Positions 59,029-64,000 of a stretch of DNA of 64,000 bases are shown here, one piece after another. This stretch comes from an uncultured Acidaminococcus sp. GTDB lineage: Bacteria; Bacillota; Negativicutes; Acidaminococcales; Acidaminococcaceae. Location of the stretch: contig OMYF01000007.1 of assembly GCA_900315205.1 (NCBI GenBank), positions 1,969-65,968 on the forward strand, given 5' to 3'. Every line of letters starts with the position of its first letter. The stretch's first letter is position 1. Made by a program: the position numbers and the translations under genes. The notes under the pieces were generated by a model. It made no database searches. It was not told the origin of the DNA and saw only the letters and a list, made by a program, of their open reading frames with translations.

Positions 59029-59057
59029 ATCATACTGGACTTCTGAATTTGTGACAA
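59029..59057 (-). promoter_or_regulatory. candidate promoter of the 450-aa hypothetical gene
   Basis: The minus strand reads TTGTCA (complement of 59052-59057), a 17-nt spacer, then TATGAT (complement of 59029-59034), which overlaps a TATAAT. Confidence 0.55.
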
Positions 59058-59086
59058 AAATAGTAAGCCCGGTCCGGCAGTCCCGC

Positions 59087-59284
59087 GGTCTCTGCCCCGG
59101 GGCCGCGCGGCACAATACTTTTCCGGACGCACCGGACAGTGCGGACAGCACTGCCGCGGAAGACTTTCCATGCCAGGGCGGAAATGGTCTCTGCCCCGGG
59201 GCCGCGCGGCACAATACTTTTCCGGACGCACCGGACAGTGCGGACAGCACTGCCGCGGAAGACTTTCCATGCCAGGGCGGAAAT
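59087..59284. repeat. perfect tandem duplication, 2 x 99 bp, intergenic
   Basis: Unit GGTCTCTGCCCCGGGGCCGCGCGGCACAATACTTTTCCGGACGCACCGGACAGTGCGGACAGCACTGCCGCGGAAGACTTTCCATGCCAGGGCGGAAAT occurs at 59087-59185 and again at 59186-59284 with no mismatch that I can see. This is corroborated by the duplicated 33-aa string in the 58010..59719 track ORF. Confidence 0.95.
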
Positions 59285-59337
59285 GCTGCGGACGGAGTTC
59301 AGGATTTTGGACTCGCAGTCAGATTTCCGCATTTTTG

Positions 59338-59351
59338 CGAACAAATATTCG
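59338..59351. promoter_or_regulatory. LexA (Cheo/SOS) box, one mismatch: CGAACAAATATTCG
   Basis: It matches the Firmicute LexA consensus CGAAC-N4-GTTCG in 13 of 14 specified-plus-spacer positions (ATTCG instead of GTTCG). It ends 9 nt upstream of the -35 of the LysM gene promoter. Confidence 0.6.
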
Positions 59352-59360
59352 TTTTGTATC

Positions 59361-59389
59361 TTGTCACTCAGGCATTTCCATGCTATGAT
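59361..59389 (+). promoter_or_regulatory. sigma-70-type promoter of the YneA-like LysM gene
   Basis: TTGTCA (59361-59366), a 17-nt spacer, then TATGAT (59384-59389). Confidence 0.7.
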
Positions 59390-59398
59390 TCAGTAAAA

Positions 59399-59412
59399 CG
59401 AACTGAAGTTCG
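59399..59412. promoter_or_regulatory. LexA (Cheo/SOS) box, perfect: CGAACTGAAGTTCG
   Basis: A perfect CGAAC-N4-GTTCG palindrome 9 nt downstream of the -10 hexamer, so it lies over the expected transcription start. It ends 3 nt before the AAGGAGG RBS. Confidence 0.75.
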
Positions 59413-59428
59413 GTTAAGGAGGTACATC

Positions 59429-59719
59429 ATGAAACGGCTCTCTTATTTCCTGATCCTGATCACGGTCGGTCTATCCTGCCTTGGTTTCGCTTTTGCCAAA
59501 GGTGACGCCGCCCACTACCGGCGGGAGCGCGTCATGGTCTACTCCGGCGACAGCCTCTGGAGCATTGCCAGCCGCCGCACGGCGGACGATGAAGACGTCC
59601 GTGCCGTCATCGAACGCATCGTCAGAGAAAATAAACTGGATCCGGCCCGGCCCATCCAGGCCGGACAGGTACTGACCGTCCCCGTCAGGGAAATCCCGTC
59701 CCGGCAGGCAGTCAGATAA
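59429..59719 (+). CDS. LysM-domain membrane protein, YneA-like candidate SOS cell-division inhibitor
   Basis: 96 aa, not listed separately in the track (it is the tail of the 58010..59719 ORF). The ATG at 59429 lies 6 nt after AAGGAGG. It has an N-terminal TM (YFLILITVGLSCLGFAFA) and a LysM motif (VYSGDSLWSIASR...IQAGQVLTVP). It is preceded by a promoter flanked by two LexA boxes. Confidence 0.7.
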   Translation: MKRLSYFLILITVGLSCLGFAFAKGDAAHYRRERVMVYSGDSLWSIASRRTADDEDVRAVIERIVRENKLDPARPIQAGQVLTVPVREIPSRQAVR

Positions 59720-59741
59720 GATCCATCCCCGCTGGCTGCTG

Positions 59742-59790
59742 AAAAGTGCCCATCCTTCCCTGTCAGAAGCGGAAGGATGGGCACTTTTTT
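59742..59790 (+). terminator. rho-independent terminator after the YneA-like gene
   Basis: 18-bp stem AAAAGTGCCCATCCTTCC / GGAAGGATGGGCACTTTT followed by TT. Confidence 0.85.
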
Positions 59791-59882
59791 CGGCACTGCA
59801 CAAAAAAGAGCGGCATGCCTGCGGTATCCCGTCCGGCATGCCATTTCCCGGCAGGACCTCATGCGTTCTGCCCTTTTTCGAT

Positions 59883-60281
59883 TCATTCCTGCAGTGCAGG
59901 ATTTTCCCGTTCATCGACGGACTTGCTGAAACGGGTTTTTACGAATTCCGTAGCCAGCATATTCACATCATCGATCGTGGCCACACCATGTGTCAGATGT
60001 TCCTCCAGGAAGGGAACAACCCGTTCGATCTGCTCTTTCGTATCGATGATCGTGATGATCACGGGCAGGTTGATCGCATCGGACACACTGATCAGCAGCC
60101 GTCTTTCCCGGCCGCGCACACGGCTGCCATACCCCTGGAGGCCCCGGAACACGGTGCATCCGGCCAGTTTATACTTGGCAGCTACATCCAGCATCACTTT
60201 GTAAAAAGGTCTGTCACCGCAAAAGAAATCTTCGCCCACAAAAATCATCAGCCGCTTTAATTTCAGAAATTCCGCGCTCAT
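59883..60281 (-). CDS. DUF190 (UPF0166) domain protein
   Basis: I trimmed the track ORF to the ATG at 60281, which follows GGAGGGAACGAGG. 132 aa. LMIFVGEDFFCGDRPFYKVMLDVAAKYKLAGCTVFRGLQGYG ... LPVIITIIDTKEQIERVVPFL matches the DUF190 pattern. Confidence 0.75.
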   Translation of the reverse strand: MSAEFLKLKRLMIFVGEDFFCGDRPFYKVMLDVAAKYKLAGCTVFRGLQGYGSRVRGRERRLLISVSDAINLPVIITIIDTKEQIERVVPFLEEHLTHGVATIDDVNMLATEFVKTRFSKSVDERENPALQE

Positions 60282-60365
60282 CCTCGTTCCCTCCATTTCT
60301 TTCTAAGTTTATTCTAGCATAATTCTTTATATTCTGCAAAAAAACCGTATTTTTGTAACATATCC

Positions 60366-61253
60366 TTACATTTTCTTATCCAAATCCCGTTCTTTCGGCC
60401 TGTCATCCGGTCTTTCCTCCGGAAGCGGAAGGATATGGCTGCTCTGTTCCTGCTCTTTCGTCCACTGAGCCAGCTCTTTCTGGCGGCGGAGCTTGCGGGT
60501 ATAGGCCGCTGCGATCCCGCCGACCACGATCAGGACGACCACCCAGCCGGCAGCCTTGACGGGGTTCAGATAGGTCACAGAAGCCTGGAGGGGTGTATCC
60601 TCTCCCAAAGGGATCTTCCATGTCAAAACATGGCCGTCGTCGCTGACATTCGTTGCGTTGCTGCTGTCCACGCGGGCCGGCAGTTTAAGGACGAAACGGA
60701 GGTCGAACTGCCGCATGAGCGTCCTGATGACGGCCTGCACATTCTGATCTTTGACACTGTCCCTCGATTCCAGGGCCAGCATCGCGTTGACATCGATCGT
60801 ATCGAAAAGCAGACCGCTGTGCATGGTCACGATCGGGCTCTCTTCTTTTTCCGGCAGTTTGGGTTTGACATCATTCGTCGCACCTTTTGTGTCCGGATTG
60901 ATCCCGTTACCCGTATCCGCCTGTCCCAGGGCGCCGCGCGCGCCTTCTTCCCACGTCCCGAAGTCAAAAGTCCGCAGGACCTTCGATTTCTTGATGTCTT
61001 TCAGCTGGTTGTAATGCTTATGGGCCTCGAACCCTTTATACTCTCCGTCGTCCACGGGACGGACCGAATATCCGTCCTTCCGGAAATCCTCCTCAAAGGT
61101 CTGCGCGGTCGGCTGCAGGATGGGGACTGCCGTGAGCCGGCAGGTCACATCGGCCGCTCCGAAGCGGGAAACTTCCAGCGTGATGACGCCTTTGGCGCAG
61201 CCGCTGACGATACACATCAAAAGGATGCTCAGTGCCATGAGCAGTTTTTTCAT
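60366..61253 (-). CDS. lipoprotein with C-terminal transmembrane anchor (LppM/DUF3153-like, tentative)
   Basis: 295 aa with lipobox IVSGC, a soluble domain, a TM helix (AAGWVVVLIVVGGIAAAY) and a charged tail. The start overlaps the upstream ligase stop (ATGA). Confidence 0.65.
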   Translation of the reverse strand: MKKLLMALSILLMCIVSGCAKGVITLEVSRFGAADVTCRLTAVPILQPTAQTFEEDFRKDGYSVRPVDDGEYKGFEAHKHYNQLKDIKKSKVLRTFDFGTWEEGARGALGQADTGNGINPDTKGATNDVKPKLPEKEESPIVTMHSGLLFDTIDVNAMLALESRDSVKDQNVQAVIRTLMRQFDLRFVLKLPARVDSSNATNVSDDGHVLTWKIPLGEDTPLQASVTYLNPVKAAGWVVVLIVVGGIAAAYTRKLRRQKELAQWTKEQEQSSHILPLPEERPDDRPKERDLDKKM

Positions 61254-62746
61254 AGGACCCTCCCGGCAAGCTTGTTCTCCGAAAGCATTTCGATCGCCCG
61301 CTTCCGCAGTTCCGGTTTCCGTACTTTTCCCAGTCCGGTCTTCGGCAGTTCCGGAACCAGGAAATATTCCCGGGGTACCTTGTAGGGTGCGACCCGTCCC
61401 AGGAGATACTGCCGCAGTGCCTTCAGGTCGACCCGGGCGCCGGGACGGGGCACCACATAGATGCAGATTGCCTCTCCGCGCAGTTTGTCCGGGACACCGA
61501 TGACGGCCGCTTCGGCCACACCTTCGAACTGCACTGCCGCCTCCTCGATTTCGCGGGGATACACGTTTTCACCGCTCGAAATGATCAGGTCCTTGAGCCT
61601 GTCGACCAGGAAGACGAAACCGTCTTCATCGATGTACCCCACATCACCCGTATGGAGCCAGCCGTCAGCAACCGTATCCGCCGTTGCTTCGGGCCTGTTC
61701 AGATACCCCAGCATGACATTCGGGCCTTTGACAAGGAGCTCCCCCCGTTCGCAGGGTTCCAGTTCCTTTCCGTCCGGGCCTGCGATCTTCACCGCCACAT
61801 GCGGGATGGGCACTCCGATGGAGCCGATCCGGATCTTTCCGTCCTGATTGAACGTAACGACGGGGGATGCTTCGGAAAGACCGTATCCCTCCAGGACGGC
61901 ACGCCCGTACTTGAGCGCGAAGCTGCGTCCCAGATCAAGGCCCAGCGGAGCGGCGCCGCTGATGAAGATGCGGACCGTTTCCACCGAATCGAGGTCGCGG
62001 CTCTCACAGAGCAGACGGAACACAGCGGGCACACCCGTAAAGACCGTCACTCCGTGTTTCTTGACGAGCCGCATGGCCGTCTTGAAATTATAGACGGACT
62101 GGATGACCACACAGCCGCCGCGGAGCAGCGTACTGACCACACAGACCGTCCAGGCAAAGCAGTGATACATGGGCAGCAGGCACAGGACTTTGTCACTGGC
62201 ATTATACGGGACCGCAGTGGAAAAATCCGCCGCATTGCTGCACAGGTTGATATGGCTCAGCATCGCGCCCTTCGGCCTGCCCGTCGTGCCGGACGTGTAG
62301 ATGATGCTGCAGTTGTCCCCGGGGCTTTGGGGAACTCCGGCAAACGGTCCTGCCGGAGCTGCGCCGATTTCCGCGAACGTGATCTGCCTGCAGTCCGCGC
62401 ACCCCGCCTCCTGCAGCGCTTCCTCCATGGGGAGACGTTCCCGAACGACCAGCAGCCGGATGCCCGCGTCACGGATGATGAAGGCCACTTCCCGCGGGAC
62501 CAGCTGGAAATTGATCGGCACGACGACTCCGCCTGTACGGACGATGGCCAGATAGGTCAGGATGAATTCCAGGCAGTTCTTGCTGAAGAGCCCGACCTTG
62601 TCGCCCGGACGGACCCCCTGCTGCTGAAGCACAGCCGCCCAGCGGTCCACAAGATCGCGGAGCTCCCCGTATGTCACATGACGCTCCTGATCGATGACAG
62701 CCTCCGATGCATCGGGATGATTGGCATAAATATCAGTAAGTAGCAT
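61250..62746 (-). CDS. AMP-dependent acyl-CoA ligase (long-chain fatty acid--CoA ligase type)
   Basis: 498 aa with the AMP-binding motif IIYTSGTTGRPKGAMLSH, the GELLVKGPNVMLGY core and a C-terminal P-x4-GK-like LPKTGLGKVRK. Confidence 0.9.
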   Translation of the reverse strand: MLLTDIYANHPDASEAVIDQERHVTYGELRDLVDRWAAVLQQQGVRPGDKVGLFSKNCLEFILTYLAIVRTGGVVVPINFQLVPREVAFIIRDAGIRLLVVRERLPMEEALQEAGCADCRQITFAEIGAAPAGPFAGVPQSPGDNCSIIYTSGTTGRPKGAMLSHINLCSNAADFSTAVPYNASDKVLCLLPMYHCFAWTVCVVSTLLRGGCVVIQSVYNFKTAMRLVKKHGVTVFTGVPAVFRLLCESRDLDSVETVRIFISGAAPLGLDLGRSFALKYGRAVLEGYGLSEASPVVTFNQDGKIRIGSIGVPIPHVAVKIAGPDGKELEPCERGELLVKGPNVMLGYLNRPEATADTVADGWLHTGDVGYIDEDGFVFLVDRLKDLIISSGENVYPREIEEAAVQFEGVAEAAVIGVPDKLRGEAICIYVVPRPGARVDLKALRQYLLGRVAPYKVPREYFLVPELPKTGLGKVRKPELRKRAIEMLSENKLAGRVL

Positions 62747-62850
62747 GCGCTCCCCCTTCCTCGCGCTGCGTTTGGCTTGCTTTCACGCAGGAAAACGAAT
62801 ACAATGATTGCGGTATAGAAATACTATTTTTATAGAAAGAAGTGGATATC

Positions 62851-63246
62851 ATGAAAGAACTCAGGATTGGTGCGGCAGCCCAGGTCAGTGAAGTGGTGCT
62901 CCACACGAACACGGCAGCTGCCATGGGCAGCGGCTCCCTTGACGTCTACGCGACACCGGCCCTGGTCGCCCTCATGGAAAAGGCTGCCTGCGCCCTTGTC
63001 GATCCCTGTCTCGACCCTGATACCACCAGTGTGGGGATCAGCCTCTCCATTTCCCACGACGCACCCACAGCCGTCGGCCGGATGGTGACAGCCAAGGCAG
63101 TCCTCGTCGGCGTGGACGGCCGGAAACTTTCCTTCAAAGTCACCGCTTCCGATGACCATGGGATCATCGGCCAGGGCTCCCACGAACGCTTCCTCGTGAA
63201 AAAGGAAAAATTCATGGCCAAACTCGCGGCCAAGTACGACGGCTGA
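62851..63246 (+). CDS. hotdog-fold thioesterase (FlK / COG5496-like)
   Basis: 131 aa from the ATG at 62851. The pattern VYATPALVALMEKAAC ... GISLSISHDAPTAVG ... GSHERFLVKKEKFMAKL parallels fluoroacetyl-CoA-thioesterase-like proteins as I remember them. The track start at 62842 (GTG) is possible. Confidence 0.75.
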   Translation: MKELRIGAAAQVSEVVLHTNTAAAMGSGSLDVYATPALVALMEKAACALVDPCLDPDTTSVGISLSISHDAPTAVGRMVTAKAVLVGVDGRKLSFKVTASDDHGIIGQGSHERFLVKKEKFMAKLAAKYDG

Positions 63247-63247
63247 C

Positions 63248-64000
63248 TTACAGATTGCGTGTAAGCGTCTCCATGACCATGAGGTTGCTGAGCACACCGA
63301 CGCCTCCCGGCACCGGTGTATAAGCGGCGGCTTTATGGATCTTGGCGCCCTCTGAGATATCCCCGACAAGTTTCCCGTTGAGAGAAGAAAGTCCGATGTC
63401 GATCAGCACGCAGTTTTCCCTGACCATATCCTCTGTGATCAGATTGGGTTTTCCTACAGCACTGAAGATGATATCTGCCTGACTTAAAATGTTGGGCAGA
63501 TTTTTTGTTTTTGAACGGCAGACGGTCACCGTGGCATGACGGTCCACGAGCATCAGCGTCAGCGGACGGCCCACGACGTCACCGTAGCCGACCATGACCA
63601 CCCGGCGCCCTTCCAGGGGGATATGATAGAAATCGATGATCTTCATACAGGCCCGGGGCGTACAGGGGCCCCAGGGACTGAGACCCAGATAGAATTCACC
63701 GCTGTTGAGCGGATGCAGGCAGTCCATATCCTTTTGGGGATCCAGGCAGTTCATCAGGTTCACCTGACTGATCTGCGGCGGCACCGGCATGAGCGGCAGG
63801 ATCCCGGTCACCGCAGGATCGGCGCTGAGAGCCGACAGCGCCGCTTCAGCCTCCTCCTGGGTGACATCCTCCGGCAGCTCCACTTCCCGCGTATTGACGC
63901 CAAGCCCGCGGGCGCACCTGATCAGGCTGCGCTGGTACACATGAGCCGGTGCATCATTGCCGATGATAAAAGTGGCAAGGGTCGCTTCCGTTGCAGCAAA
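63248..64000 (-). CDS. folD: bifunctional methylene-THF dehydrogenase / methenyl-THF cyclohydrolase; N-terminus beyond the window end
   Basis: The ORF is open to the window end (the track lists only the 63248..63940 part). Motifs seen: ILPLMPVP, GKPNLI, and PVPGGVGVLSNLMVMETL near the C-terminus. Confidence 0.9.
   Translation of the reverse strand, partial: FAATEATLATFIIGNDAPAHVYQRSLIRCARGLGVNTREVELPEDVTQEEAEAALSALSADPAVTGILPLMPVPPQISQVNLMNCLDPQKDMDCLHPLNSGEFYLGLSPWGPCTPRACMKIIDFYHIPLEGRRVVMVGYGDVVGRPLTLMLVDRHATVTVCRSKTKNLPNILSQADIIFSAVGKPNLITEDMVRENCVLIDIGLSSLNGKLVGDISEGAKIHKAAAYTPVPGGVGVLSNLMVMETLTRNL

Noticed and set aside
59087-59284. CRISPR array or coding repeat interpretation of the 99-bp duplication
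   Set aside because: The two units are directly adjacent with no spacers, and no cas genes are present. All frames are open merely because of GC content and the 33-codon period, and there is no RBS or start context.
60282-60365. Fluoride riboswitch / crcB association for the DUF190 gene
   Set aside because: No crcB gene is adjacent. The 84-nt upstream region holds only a TTGCAG-17-TAGAAT promoter, with no room or motif for a crcB-type riboswitch.

Overview
This is a chromosomal window with GC-rich coding DNA and AT-rich intergenic DNA. I call 50 protein genes (41 on the minus strand), one tRNA-Arg, and no rRNA, CRISPR array, transposase, integrase or recognisable defence system.

Several features point to a diderm Firmicute (Negativicutes), probably an amino-acid fermenter. 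They are a C-terminal beta-barrel autotransporter, an OmpA-family outer-membrane protein, a Selenomonas-type lysine/ornithine decarboxylase, Firmicute-style Shine-Dalgarno sites and CGAAC-N4-GTTCG LexA boxes. The taxon is inference only.

Gene content in order:
- A histidine-utilisation and folate one-carbon locus: hutU, hutH, a YuiF-like transporter, fchA, fhs, ftcD, hutD.
- ftsH, then a mutT-like NUDIX gene overlapping mutY.
- An AbgT-family transporter, then a MacAB-like tripartite efflux operon with a trailing small ORF.
- proBA, obg, and a stand-alone tRNA-Arg(ACG).
- A secreted esterase, an HMA metallochaperone, a PepSY protein and a LemA/TPM pair.
- A DUF1015-serC-gltS operon.
- An IclR gene divergent from an unusual ureohydrolase and a FolT-like ECF S-component.
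- A 1466-aa autotransporter and a three-gene ABC importer behind a long leader.
- An M20D amidohydrolase, dpaL and HIBADH cluster.
- A lipoprotein, ldc, serS, cobB, ompA-like and cstA.
- An uncharacterised 450-aa membrane protein divergent from a LexA-box-controlled YneA-like LysM gene.
- A DUF190 gene, a lipoprotein coupled to an acyl-CoA ligase, a FlK-type thioesterase and folD.

I found no clear novel multi-gene system. The observations most worth following up are:
1. A conserved GACGTTTTT-N-TACAAT promoter architecture with a 20-nt spacer in front of every hut transcription unit.
2. A twin-LexA-box SOS promoter driving a YneA-like LysM protein.
3. A perfect 2 x 99-bp intergenic tandem duplication.
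4. A dispersed repeat family built on an 8-bp periodic CTKTGRTG tract.
5. A ~365-nt structured leader in front of the ABC importer.
6. A ureohydrolase with Cys in place of the first Mn-ligand His, translationally coupled to a FolT-like transporter.

All protein assignments come from motifs and family layouts I recognise by eye. No database search was run. Many long ORFs in the supplied track are antisense shadows of real genes and were rejected.
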